A stretch of DNA of 59,453 nt, the filler included, from Diploschistes diacapsis (Eukaryota): NCBI GenBank assembly GCA_023645945.1. It is 4 parts of 4 records of this genome, joined end to end, with 100 filler letters (N's around TTAATTAATTAA, not from the genome) between each part and the next. Parts side by side here need not be neighbours in the genome. Positions count along the whole stretch, not along the records: positions 1 to 14,806 come from JALAIB010000583.1; positions 14,907 to 29,711 come from JALAIB010000584.1; 2 more parts are not named here. One strand, written 5' to 3'. Both the position numbers and the translations under genes were made by a program. The notes under the pieces were generated by a model, which had not been told where the DNA came from, did not search any database, and saw only the letters and a list, made by a program, of their open reading frames with translations. Shown here in pieces: positions 13,394 through 25,818 of the stretch; the first letter of the stretch is position 1, and each line of letters begins with the position of its first letter.

Positions 13394-14443
13394 ACGTGTT
13401 TCACCACGAAACTAAACACACTAGGCTGGCCGTTTCGTGCCACGGTCACTGACACGGACACTACAACAAAAATTTTCAAAACACGGATACTGACACGGAC
13501 ACGACAACTAAAATTTTAAAACACGGATACTAACACGGACACTATATTACAGTAAAAGCACGAACACGGATATTATAATTAAAAAATTTAAAATATTAAT
13601 ATTAATACGGATATTATATTTCCGTAAATCTATCGAAATATTACGGTAAATCTATCGAAATACCGCAATAAAATTTTTTTAAAAAAATAAAAACGTGAAA
13701 AATAAACGTAATAATTCTAGAATTATTAAAATTAAAAAAATAATTTAAAATATTTTGATAAATACACGGACATGGACATCGTAATTAAAAATTTTTCGAT
13801 ATAAATATTAACACGAACATTATATTATAATAAAAACACGAACACGGATATTATAATTAAAAAATTTAAAATACTAATATTAATACGGACATTGCACTTC
13901 CGTGAATCTACGGAAACGGACACCGCAGCTAAAAAATCTAAAACACGGATATTAATACTGTTAGTATCCGTGTCACTGACACGGCCGTGTCAGTGTCAGT
14001 GATGGCCAGCCTAAAACACACCACCAAGCGGAACATTACATTATAATATAATTACGCTAGATCGAGCGCTTCCAAAATTTTAATTTAATTTTTAAATTTT
14101 AAGTGAGTTTTTGAGCTAAGCCTGATCCGTACGAAATCTTATAATTTATATATTAAATTATTTGTACGAAGACGACGATGGAGCGTTATTAAAAGAATTC
14201 CGTATCGTTTATTGACTTATCGTATGTTACAATCCGAGGTTCCTACCTCGTCACGTCCCAGCCATTCTTGTATATAATTCAATCATAATAATATTGATCA
14301 CGTGATTCGCTTATTACTTAAGCTCATCACGATAAACGACGAATAAAATTCATTACCTGCTCGATAATCGCGTTTATTTTTATAAACGACGAACTTTAAA
14401 GACACAGCTCGATGAATTTAAAATAAACAACGAACTATTCGAT
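13394..14443. mobile_element. Degenerate Tc1/mariner-like element end (TA|ACGTGTTTCAC...) interrupted by the hAT-like element
   Basis: TAACGTGTTTCAC at 13392 shares 13 nt with the TIR start at 14444. AT-rich, CpG-retaining interior. Confidence 0.45.
13422..14013. mobile_element. Non-autonomous hAT-type MITE, 592 bp, with 10-bp TIRs and 8-bp TSD
   Basis: TAGGCTGGCC (13422-13431) ... GGCCAGCCTA (14004-14013), flanked on both sides by AAACACAC (13414-13421 and 14014-14021). Many subterminal ACACGGA(C/T)A repeats. Confidence 0.88.
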
Positions 14444-14445
14444 TA

Positions 14446-14806
14446 ACGTGTTTCACGGGGATTCCGGCCACCTTAAATCACTACTGCCAACATTCTACGG
14501 TTTTTAGATATAACCTATTCGTTATAATCAGAATCTAATCGATCTAAATCGAATTTATCTTTTTTCTTTTTTATTCTTCTTGATTTTAAAAACGCGACGA
14601 CGTTTTTTACGCGTTATAAATCGTTTCGAAATTATCCGATTCGATTTAACCCGAACTATTATTTTAAAAACTTCGTTTATATAAAATATAAAACGATCTT
14701 TTAATTCAATTCGTTTATTTCATTTACGTTTCTTACGATTATTAAAAAAGGTTTTTTATTTTCGGTTTTCTTTATGAAACGTTATAAACTTAATATACGT
14801 TAACTC
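14446..14806. mobile_element. Left end of Tc1/mariner (pogo-like) element, truncated by contig end
   Basis: TA|ACGTGTTTCACGGGGATTCCGGCCACC, a 27-bp perfect match to the TIR at 127-153. AT-rich, CpG-retaining interior. Confidence 0.75.
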
Positions 14807-14906
14807 NNNNNNNNNNNNNNNNNNNNNNNNNNNNNNNNNNNNNNNNNNNNTTAATTAATTAANNNNNNNNNNNNNNNNNNNNNNNNNNNNNNNNNNNNNN
14901 NNNNNN
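14807..14906. other. Artificial contig linker (N44-TTAATTAATTAA-N44)
   Basis: Identical 100-nt construct occurs three times; the 12-mer has stops in all six frames. Confidence 0.99.
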
Positions 14907-15926
14907 CCCTCCACACCTCCCCCTCCCTTTCCAACGCCTCCCTAACCTTCTCCTCGAAGCCCCCCACCAACCTCCTCCTCCTCCACGGCTCCACCCCAAT
15001 CTGAAACACCAAAAACAACAACACATTAACCCCCATCAATCCCCACGTACCCCACGTGCTCATCCGCCGAATCTTATCGCTCCAGATCTGCTCCTCGTGG
15101 TACCGCGCTAGAATGCTCCGGTTCAGCTGCGCGGCCGCCTCCTCGGCCGCCTTCTCGGCCGCGGCCAGCGCCGCCTCCGCTTGGGACTCGGCCTGCGAGG
15201 CGGCGTGGTCGGAGCGGTAGAGGGAGGTGAAGCGCTCGAGATCTGGCGTCGTCCACGTGTGTTTGCGCTGCAGGAGCTCGTTGACTTCGCGCTGCGAGGC
15301 GGAACGAGAGGAGAGGGTGGTGGTGTAGGATTCTTTGGCTTCTTTGAGGGATTTGCGGGTTTGTTGAACGAGAGCCTCTGGTGGGTTGGGCGGGTCAGTG
15401 TTGCTGGGTTGGGATAGCGATGGGTGTCTTTGGGGAGAGGAAGAAGGGGAGAGAAGGACGGGGGCTTGCCTTGCTCTTCTATCTCTTTCTTGAGGGCCTC
15501 GATGCCGGAGTAGCCGGTCAGATCGTTCAGCCGTTGGCCGGCGAGGAAGATGTTGGATTGCAGATGGTCCATTACGTGCGCGAAGCGCTTCGAGAGGTGG
15601 GAGCGCCGGCCTTCCTCTGTTGAGGGAAGGTCGGAACGGGTTGTTGAGGAGGGCTTGCCCTGGGTTGCAGATGTGTCGGTAGAGGTGCTCTCATGGCGTA
15701 CATCTGGGTAGCGTAGAGAGGACTGATGGTTAGAGCTGGATAGGAGCTTTTTGAAGGGTGGGTGTCTCCATCGCGGAGCTTTGCTTGGCTCTTTGTATCC
15801 ACGGCATTGCTGGCAAACCCAGATTGAGGTGTCGACCGTCTTTCGAGTCGCAACCGTTGCGCTCAATTGCTCGGCTCCGTACCTAGAAAGATGATTGAAA
15901 GCAGCGCGAGGCCATACAGCTTTCAT
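14907..15926 (-). CDS. SHE9: Mitochondrial inner-membrane protein She9/Mdm33 (3' end lost at contig break; GC-AG intron 15378-15469)
   Basis: Presequence-like N-terminus; [15 protein letters not shown]; after splicing [15 protein letters not shown]...[13 protein letters not shown]...[50 protein letters not shown]. Confidence 0.93.
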
Positions 15927-16249
15927 CGCTTGCTGCTGAGCGGGTATGGTGACAGAAGCTGAATTCCTTGAGCTGCGCGATGGTAAAGCTCCAATTGTTC
16001 AAACTGGTGGCTTGCAGGGAACAGTGGCTAGAGCTTAATTTTACTAACTAGAAACTAGTTTAATACCGAAGGCCGATATATCAGCCCTATAATATCAGTC
16101 CTATAGTTTTTTTGCATTGCGGTTGCCTATGGATGCTCCTTCGATTACTCTTTCTTCGCCCCTGCTCCCACATTGCCCTATGCATCTTACTTTTCCAACT
16201 CTAACTTATGTTTTATGTTTCCGAGACATGTTCTGACATAACAATCGCT

Positions 16250-19200
16250 GGACGAATGTGTACTGGGCAAATGCAACCAATAGCATCAATAATCAAATGA
16301 CGATGTTTGATATGAGACGGCGATTTATAGATCCATATATCAAGGTCTCCATTCCCCAAAAGGTCTTACTTATTTCAGCCCCTTCCGCTCGGCCTCTAGA
16401 CGCTGTGATATTGAATCTCACCTTGATTCTTTGCTTAGCGAACGTGCAGGAAAGCGCAAGGTTCTGATGGTGGAAACTCACCGACCCTTATGCACCTCCG
16501 CACCTCGTAATGCAACCACAGTTCCGTTTGTTCCTTTGTCGTTCGTTCTTTATCTAAGCAACATCCCTTTTCTAGCATGTCAGACTCAAAGCAGTGGCTC
16601 GTGAGATCGAAGCGTCGAATTTCTTTCAGTATGCAGCGGATCGCTGAACAGCAAAGGCTTAGGCTCATTCTTTTCAGTATTTTCTCTAGTGATTTGTAAT
16701 GCCTTTCTGTACCATGCCTCTAGATGCTTGTATCACAGCGTTGGCATGGCCCTTGCAGGTACCAAAGAGTAACCTACGAAGCTTCGAGGGAGGACTTGAC
16801 CTTTTAACACCAGCAGTGCAGAGTTCGGCTTACTGTTAACAAAGCTTCTTGAAAGGAATAGGCGGCCATGAGGCTAGCTTGGTCTGTATTGCGCAGGGAC
16901 GCACCCAAAGTCGAGATCACGAGGAAGAAATCTAGCGCTTAAGGTTTAAAGATTCTGTCCAGGCACATTATCTTCATTATTTCGCGCATGACCGAGGCTA
17001 CTAGCATACTTCCAAGATGCCGCGCCACTGTTCTGAGTATTGCCTAGGCAGATGATACCTTTACAGGCCGACAGTAACTCTTCCTTTTGCAGCAGGTCGG
17101 TTTCGAACTTGGTCTCGTCAAATATAATGAGTCGAGGTTTCCACTTGCTTGTTGGTTGCTTGTATCTGTTGCATGAAAGCTCTTTGCCGGCTACAGCTGG
17201 GTGATATCTGGGAAATCAGGGCTGTAGCCTTTGCGCCTCTGGAGACCAAGACGTTTGTGACCTTATGGATAATCTCTTCGGCGCCTCCGGCTATCCACTG
17301 GGTTGCACTGCATCAAACGTCGCCTGAGGTACTTTCGAAGGCCTTATTGGAACCCTGGCATGCTCGGTTGATAGGACTACTTTGCCAATACTCTTGCGTG
17401 CTTGCAGCTGTTGGAAAGCAGTCTCTATTACTGTAAGTAGCATCTCGACGACTGGCTTCACAGGTCTGATAGATTCTGCTGCAAGCTTCTCAATAATCAC
17501 TTTTAGTACTATACTTAAGTGGCCTGACCTCTGACGTCCCAACAAATTCAAGTCGACCAAAGCGAATGTAACATTGCCGCCAAATCGCTCCATAGGCAGC
17601 TGTTGTTTTCCAGGGCTCCCAGTGTCAACAAAGGTACCAAAGTTCTGCCACGCAAGCCCAGGAATCGAACAGCGTATCACCTACAAGCGAGTTCAAGACG
17701 ACATCAACCCCCGATCATTCGTCTGCCTCTGTATACCATTTTTGAACGTTCAGCGGTGGCGAGAGAAGATATGTGTATCAGGGATACAGTAATTATCTAA
17801 TAGAATGTGCCGTCCTCCCGAGGTCCCGACCATGGCAAATACTTTGGCACCAAAATGTTGGGAATCATAACAGCTATCTGGCAGACAGCATTAGCCACTG
17901 AATGGATTAATATAGTCTGGGCTTGCTTGAGATGTTATGCTTCGATCAAAGCTTGATAGGCCAACGTAGCAGTGAGGCTCCCTCAACGAATGTTAGAGCA
18001 TCTGGCAAATGCTGCAGCAAATGGCTATGGACTCTGTCCGACCGGCATAATGCGCTCCGGCCCATGCAAAGACTCATCGTCAACCACAAAGGCTTGGTCA
18101 GCTGTAGTGCCAACCGCAGTGACGACTCCTGCAAACTCGCCGATCATCACCTCCGAAGGTTTTGCACGACCTAGAGCCACCGCAGCATCGGCATGATTAA
18201 CTTCGATTGCTAGAGGCTTGACTTCCACCTCTTCAATTCCCAGCGTCCTAGTAGTAGTAAATGCGTCCTCGACAATACAAGGCTACTTAGAAGCCAAGGT
18301 GTTCCGACGTGAAGCTTCAATGGACGTTGTGCTTGGTGAAAGGCGTCTGTGATGGTCTGGAATTTAGTGTCTCCTGGATTAAGGCACATTTGTAACGCCG
18401 AAGTGGTTTACAAACGAGGAATCAGAAGCTGACCGTTTTTAAAGCGATACTCACGTTTCCACAGTGTTGTCGCCCGGAGACGTATCTGAAGCATTCATGA
18501 GAAAGTTGGATATCAGTCCTTCAAGCGTATCATAAATTCCTTCAATATATTCTTGGAACTTCTATCATGATAAACTTTGAGTTTCTATATTCTTTTTGTG
18601 CAGCATGTGCGAGGCCTGCGATAAATGATCCTATTTCTGTGCAAGAAGCATATTGCACGGAGACCCAGGTCACAATCTCCAAGTGCGCCGCGAGAGACCT
18701 GATTTGACTGGCCATTTTGTTAAGTAAATCAGAGGTCAATGGCTGTACTTCTCTAGCAAGAACAATCGCAGTTGGACAGTCAGTATCCTTACGCGCCAAC
18801 AAGGACGCTGGAGTCCAACTTAGCCCCTGGGAACCAAAAATGGTGAAGAATTCATCTTGAAGCATCGCTATGGTATCACCGAAGCCTTCGTACTATTATT
18901 GAAACCCAACAGTTGACGCCGGCTGATCGCTGTTCAGCTACAGCCACGGCTCTTAACACCATTATCGAATTCGTTGGTGCCCGTCGGCATAGTCATGACC
19001 AAAGAACTCTATGCCACTGAATGATGAGGAGCTGAGCAATTGATCCCAGCTGTTTGATATGGACTGTAATAAACAGTCTAGCTCGTGCGAATTGTCTGTC
19101 CAACCACCACTAAAGGTCCCGTAAATCACGCTGTACGTTGGTGTGATTCGGGTTGGTTCCATAAAAAGAAGACGCCCGCCACATCTCAAAAGCTTTCTTG

Positions 19201-21420
19201 CATTCCCAAGAACCTTTTGACTGGATATCTTTGAGTGAAAAACACCGGCGGCGAAGACGAGGTCTTGGGTACGGTTGAACCTTTTTTCCAGCGGATCATG
19301 CTCAACGTCTAGAGTTTTGTAGGACATGAAGGTTTTCCATCGCTGAAATGGTGCCCTGGCCTCAAAGAAATCAACCAACAGGTTTATGAACACGTATTCG
19401 TCCATCATAATATTCTAACCAGGACAAGCGTCTCCATCAGTCATTGCATGCAGCAAGTGTAATGTAGCGTTTCCCGTATCTGCTTTCATCGCAAGGATCT
19501 TCATATGCAGCTTCTTGAAAGTGAGATGTTTAAGATAGCGGACCATTTGGGCATAGCACTGGCGTGAGAATTCGCTCCCAATAAACAAGCGGCGGATAGC
19601 CTCCTTCTTAGCACTTGTCGAGTACAGGTCGACGTCGCCAGCGAGGATTGAATACAATTCACTTCCGGTCCCTGACAGTAATCTTTCCTCAGCACCGATG
19701 TCCTTCGTTGCTTCAGGTTTGAGTGGGGTGCCGGAGCCTTTACCGAGTGAATGCCGCCTCATGCAAGCAACCAATTTGACATGATGGGGGGCAGGTATAA
19801 GCTGCTTGCTGACAAGAAGTCGGCTGAGGTAGTCCTCATATAAACCAAAGCTACCTGATCTAGTAAGCGCCGTTTCTTAAGGGGTATTAAAACGTTAGCT
19901 TCTACATTCACTAGAAGTGGCTCGAAGTTCATAATTCCTAGGTGGTTCCATATCGACCTGCCATTGCCTTCAGTAACAGGAAGGCTTCGTTTCTGAGTCT
20001 GAAATTACCGCGATTGCTTCTCCGATGCCTCGAACTCGCCTTGTGCCATGCTCAGCACAGGTACTAGTTTTTATGCCTCATCCAGCTGGTAAACTGACCA
20101 ATCGACGATTCCCAATTTGGCCCTGCTGGAGACAGCTCGCAAGTTATAAATAACTGATCCTTACCTTTTGAAAGAAGTTTGGAGCAGACAATGACTTCAT
20201 TTAGTGAAATGAGCATGACTGCACCTTCGCTGCAATGGCGGCTGTACAACGGAAGTACAATATGCATCTAGCGTGACTGGATGAATAACAGCGGGCTTGC
20301 AAGTCGCCACGTTGGGAATTGTGACAGTGCCTAGCGCTTTGCAGTCGCCCAATCTAATGTCCTCAAGAATGGAGAAGTTTGGTCCATAGTCGATACCACT
20401 TTCTCTTAGGCTGTCTTAGAAGCTTTGAGAACTCACCATTTCGCGGCAGCAATCCTACATTTGCTCTGCATTCTCTCTAGCTGTTTCGGCATCCAAAATC
20501 GCCTGGCGATTCCCTTCCATATCATTAACATCAGTAACATATTCAACCGTGATTATCCGCCTGCAATACTCGCCCCATAAAATCTCTGCAGAAACAGAGG
20601 TCACGCGGAATTCTTGCCATGAGTCGCTTCTTTGTCAAAAATTGGCTTCTCAGATGCCTGAGAGTAAGTTGAACTTCAATCTGTCCTGGCAGGTTGGGTA
20701 TAACAAGAGCTTTCGAATACACGATATCTTTACCACGAATTTGTCGATCAAGCCTGGTATTTGCCGGTGGAGCATAATCTGGCTCAAAGCTTGCATAGTC
20801 ATGCATAAAAAAGACAGTGCCGGTGGTCAGCGTGAACTTATCATGTCGGTTCCAGTAGGCTTATGGCTGCAATTCTAGATCCTACCAGCTCATCTGGAGC
20901 GTTACTGCGTCGCTGATATTCTTTGCTGAGTCGGGACCCGTCCCAGAAGCTCGCAGAATGGTCTCACGCATAGGAGTGTAGATTTTTGACCACCTTACAG
21001 GAACAGTCTGCCTATCGTATCGAGAATGTTAGCCAAGGCATCACGACCCCTGCGGAAACAGGATAGGTAGGTCTATTTCAGACTACTCAAATTTGGTAGG
21101 ACAGCTTACGAACCGAGCTGTGAGACTGCGTCAGTGCCTAGATGCTTAATTGTTTGACGTACGGATTCCGGCCATAGCGCTCCTATGATAAATATGGCTG
21201 AGGTTGGTGTGGTCGCGCAGATCACAGAAATGGATAGTGTATTGGTTGAAGCGAGATTTGTGCGACAACATAAGCGCCACCATACTAAGCGATATCTTCC
21301 AGGCTCTTAAACTCAGAGATAATCTTCGTGACCTCTATAGGACGAAGATAAGAATCAGTCAAAACATGGGTTGCTTGCTACTGGGGCGATGTCATACCAA
21401 GTATCTGTGAATCCAGCGTG
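16250..21420 (-). pseudogene. Decayed highly-reducing polyketide synthase (AT end-DH-cMT-ER-KR remnants)
   Basis: Collinear fragments broken by many stops and frameshifts: AT end (SAMAG/VRQTI, YLSCFRRGRDA...IGRLFL*G), DH-like, cMT (MKILAMKADTGNAT; TLDVEHDPL...DLVFAAGVFH...NARKLLRCGGRLLFME), ER (VEVKPLAIEVN...GEFAGVVTAVG; NVTFALVDL; AFQQLQARKSIGKVVL), KR trace (VLVSRG). Boundaries approximate. Confidence 0.85.
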
Positions 21421-22906
21421 GCCAATGAAGCGGTAAGTACTACCGGCTTCGCTCCATTAAGCCTGTTCTCCTTAACATTGGATCTCTTTCAGTTCAACGT
21501 CACCACCTTTGGTGTCCTTGAGCACGCAAATTCTTTGCTCTGTATGTCCATATGTGGGATTCTATGTTCTTCTTTTGTCTTTTCTAGAGATTGCTATTCT
21601 CCGACATTTACGTGATTGCTAATACCTACGAGGAAGTTAAGTCTTATTGGTTTTTCTTGCTGTGAATTAGTGTAAAGTCCTTTTCTTAAGCAAATGCTCA
21701 ATCGTGGTGATGATTGTGCAAGAAACGAAGCTCACTTCCTACAAAAAAAAGATAAGCCGATACACGGGCGTTCTCTTTAGCAAACTATACTGAAAGCGTA
21801 TAATGCTTCGGAAATATCCTTAAGCTTTGTAATATGTGCCTATTGAGTTGTTAAGATATGGTGGCGTCGGTGATGCGTGGGGTTACCTACTCACGTACAA
21901 GGTTGAACTATGCTAGGGAATGGCAACAGGTCGATCGAAGTACAATTCATCAATAACTCCTTCCCCAATAGAAACACGTTATCAATTTGCAGTGTCGATC
22001 TTTGGCAGAGATGCTCTTCCTATCAGTGGATCACCCAAGGATGTAATGCATCATCAACAGAAGCGATATCAGACAATCATATCATCATCCTACCCTACCG
22101 TTGCAGGCGGAATAAACAAGCAAAGGCAGGGTAATTAATTTACAAGAGCTTGGTGGAGCGGGAAGAAAGGCTAGGTGTGTTAGCATACATCAGTTGAGAA
22201 TGGGGGAAGCCACCTAACAAGTAAGTATATTTTGTATGCTAAATAGCATGAACCGTACAGGTCGACTGTCAATAAAAGATCATCGTGCACAGTGAAAGTT
22301 ACTAAGAGGAGAAATATTTGAATAACTTGCGTTTGATGAAAACATGGGATTGAACCGACTAACCATGGTTGCATTGCCTTAATTACGAATAGGGCGGCTA
22401 GCGCCAGAACAACTAACAACTGTGCCATAACAAAGTGATATATGTAAAGAAGCAGTGTGATGCTGCTACCTTTTCTTTTGCACAGAAACAGAAAACGAAA
22501 AACAGCGAGCAACACTGCGAATAAGAGGTTGATGACACCCGTAAATGCAATGTTGTCCCTTTCAGAGCCAATAAGTGCATAAGGCCCCTAAAAACTTTCC
22601 ATTGCTGAAAACCGCGTCGACACACCACCTTGGGCTATGCCGCAGCCCACTTACTAGGAACTCAATGTCTTATAGTAGACTGGAGAGCTGATTGGATTTC
22701 ACGCTCGTATAGTGTGCATTTTCTTTCCAGTCGAAAAATGGACTTCTCAACAGAACTTAGCCTCACATGTCCATCCGAAGAATCTGGCACGCTGTGTTGA
22801 TGGCTAGCATAAATTGTACTTATGGACTGATCTTTCCTACAGTTACAGAACATTCAATATTCATTAGCTTATATGATTCCGGTCCTCATCAGCCTCCATT
22901 GATACC

Positions 22907-24268
22907 ATGTCTGGTCTGTCAAATGCTCAGGAAGACCGAGGGTCAGGACTGCTCGCGCTCTGTACCGTATTTTTGGCTTTGTCTGTGATAACCGTGGCTT
23001 TGCGCGTCGTTGCAAGGAAAGTAGCGCATCTCAAGCTATGGTGGGACGATTGGATTTTGATTGCAGCCACCGTAGGTACAACAGTGCCAGTCGAGGCCAT
23101 AAGTACAATCCCGGATAAAGCTAAAGAATAAAGGCCGCTATCGTTATGCAATATGTTATGTTTTACGAAGGTAAGCTCTTTAACTTGCTTAGAACACTCG
23201 CACTTAGCTTACCGTATTCCAGCCATCCAAAATGGGGAGGGCGAGCATCAAGTTAATGTTCCGCCAAAAAATGTCAAGAGGTTTTTAATGGTATTCACCT
23301 TACAATTGAGCTTAAGACCTCGTACTTTGTCTGATATCACATCAAGTACAGCTACGTCTACGGCGCATTTTATGCGGTTATTGTAACCTGCGTCAAATGC
23401 TCCATCCTATGTCTCTATCTCCGTCTTTTTGCCGTTAAAAGGATGTTTGCCAAAGTTTGCTATGGTTTAATAGCTTTGGTCGTGGCCTGGGGACTGGCCT
23501 CACTCTTCTCAACGATATTCGAATGCGTTCCGGTCGAGGCTGTGTGGAACAAGGATCCCGAGACCCTGATGACCGCCCATTGCATAGATACGAGGTCCAA
23601 GCTTATTGGTATAAACATTCCCAACATCGCTGCGGACTTTGCCATCATTATTCTTCCAGTGCAGGTCATATGGCAACTCAAGCTTTCTATGCTACGGAGG
23701 ACTGGCCTTACCTGCATCTTTCTTCTAGCCTTCACGTAAGTTGAGCTCTCTATGGAGAAAATCAGAGGTTGTTGGGCCTTAGATTCATTGCTATATTATG
23801 ATTATGGGACCCAATAGAGCTGATTTCCTTTACAGTACTACTATTATCAGCATTCTTCGAGCAATCGCCAGTGCCGATATCGACGTTCTCGATGTCACGT
23901 GGGGCTACTTTCTCACTGTCAAATATTCAGCCCTTGAAACCGACATAGGTGTGGTGTGCGCCTGCCTACCAGTCCTTGCACCCTTAGCCAGTCTTTGTTA
24001 CAAGCGTCACGCCGCCAAGCACAATTCGGACTTCCAACATACGCATCCAAGCAATACATCGCACACCAAGCGGAGCCGACCGTCTGCTCGAGAACAGAAC
24101 TTTTCACGACTAGAGGACGACGACGCAGGCCTTGTCTACTTAACTACACTAAGCACGGCTAGAGCAAATGGGACGCCGGACTCTGCGAGGGAGGAAGATG
24201 GTGCGGCGGCACTTGATCAGATTACTGTGAGACAAGATATACATGTCAAGAGGACCTTGAAAAGCTGA
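22907..24268 (+). CDS. PTH11-like (fungal rhodopsin-domain) integral membrane protein, no CFEM domain (5 exons)
   Basis: VALRVVAR...LWWDDW, KCSILCLYLRLF, FECVPVEAVW, NIAADFAIIILPVQVIWQLKL, LETDIGVVCACLP; seven hydrophobic segments; frame intact after splicing. Confidence 0.9.
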
Positions 24269-25818
24269 GGATACTGGTGACTTGTAGCTGGGGCACAATA
24301 AACCACCAGAAAAAGTGGAGGGACTGATACGAAAACAATCGCAACGGATAATTCTGATGGTTTCTTTCTAAGAACTTGGTGAATGTTTGTACAGGTACCT
24401 TCCCATAACGAACAACTAATGTCCCACCATACTGGAGTCGGCTCCCCTAACTCTAAGATTGGTTGCATTAGGCACCGTAAACACCAAAGCAACCTGCCGA
24501 TAGCTTTTCTTATACTATGATGTATAGGAAACAGAAGCCCAATTTTATTTTTGGTCTTCCAAGGGTGATCACATGTCCAAGTTCTCTATCTGCTATATTC
24601 TCACAAAATCCTTCTCAGATCGCCGGCCATAATACTTCACAAATAAGGCCGGACCCCTACAGTTCTTTACTTTCGCTCCCACCTCTGAGTTCGGTGCTTG
24701 GTAATGGTGGTTTGCAGAGATCATAGCTTTCGGGCTGATTGTGCTAGCCAGCGATTAACCGGCTGTATTTTTATGAGTGAACTGCAAGTCTCAGGTAGTA
24801 ATGAAATGTCGATTACAGCATCCATTCCAGAACGAGCTGCTAGTGCTACCGATTTTGTTATACCTTAGTGAACCCTGCCATTGGCTTCTTTTTTCATATT
24901 CGAGGTGCCCAGGTAGTAAGCGGAGATTTACTAGTATTTCGGTGCTACCGGTTGGACACAGCTAGAGGGCTATACACACACGAGGCGTGTGGATCAAAGC
25001 CTGGCGGAAAGAAATCTTTTCCTGGTTATGGGTGCGGAGATGGTCTGGGTAACACGAACAACGGAACGCCGCTGGAGGGTGTCCATGTAATATGTAATAC
25101 AACTATCTATCATGTAAAAGCGCAAGCCACTCGGCATTGCACCTCGTTCTCCGCGAAGGGCTATATGGAATCTTACGCTCAGCGGTTATGCGTGTCAGCT
25201 TACGAGACCTTTCAGACGAGCCAATAATCCTATTTCAAGAATAACGCTTTGGCAATCGTTCGAACACACACTTGTCGTGATCTAACGCTATACTCCCGTG
25301 TGGATCAGCTTGTGGTTTTATTGAATGCTGTCGGGGGATCTTTTCCCAGACGCCCATCATGCAGTGGAACAGGCATTAGGCACTTGGACTAAGTCAAGTT
25401 CTCTTGCAGGTCTGCTGCTCGCGATGCTCTACTGTATATGGTTCGTGTGATCGTCAAGCGCATGTGATTTAACCAAGACTATCACAACATTGGTAGCACA
25501 ACTCTTAACTGCTTTGCTGCTCCGCCGTATGCTAGGCCATCAATACATAGCGGCACAGCTATACATAGAAAACATGGCAGGCACGCAAATGTGACTGCGT
25601 ATGTACCTCCTTGATTTGGTCAACAGATGCATTAAAGGTAAGAGCAATGAGGCCTCACCCTCACCTCGCCCAGGCAAATAGATTACTTGGCTACTGATCC
25701 TATGAGAAAACCAGCCATAGGCCCGCAGCTTTCTCAACAGACAATGGTGATCCCAATAGACTCCAATCAAGCGCTGCACTCAAAATTCTCATCGGGTCAC
25801 TTGAAGGGTGCTCGATCC

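Noticed and set aside
13445..13990. CRISPR-like spaced repeats (ACACGGATAC/ACACGGACAC)
   Set aside because: Repeats are short and irregular, spacers are themselves repetitive, the array lies inside a TIR/TSD-bounded element in a fungal genome, and no cas genes are present.
127..14472. Composite transposon carrying NOP6-rac1-RGD1-SRB8 between identical TIRs
   Set aside because: Each element body extends away from the gene block toward a contig end, so these are ends of two separate insertions, not one element enclosing the genes.
14851..14862. Recurrent TTAATTAATTAA palindrome at about 14.9-kb spacing
   Set aside because: Assembly linker embedded in Ns; the spacing reflects size-sorted contigs.
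22180..22515. Hydrophobic ORF as a cluster P450 or transporter remnant
   Set aside because: No diagnostic motif or continuing exons found.
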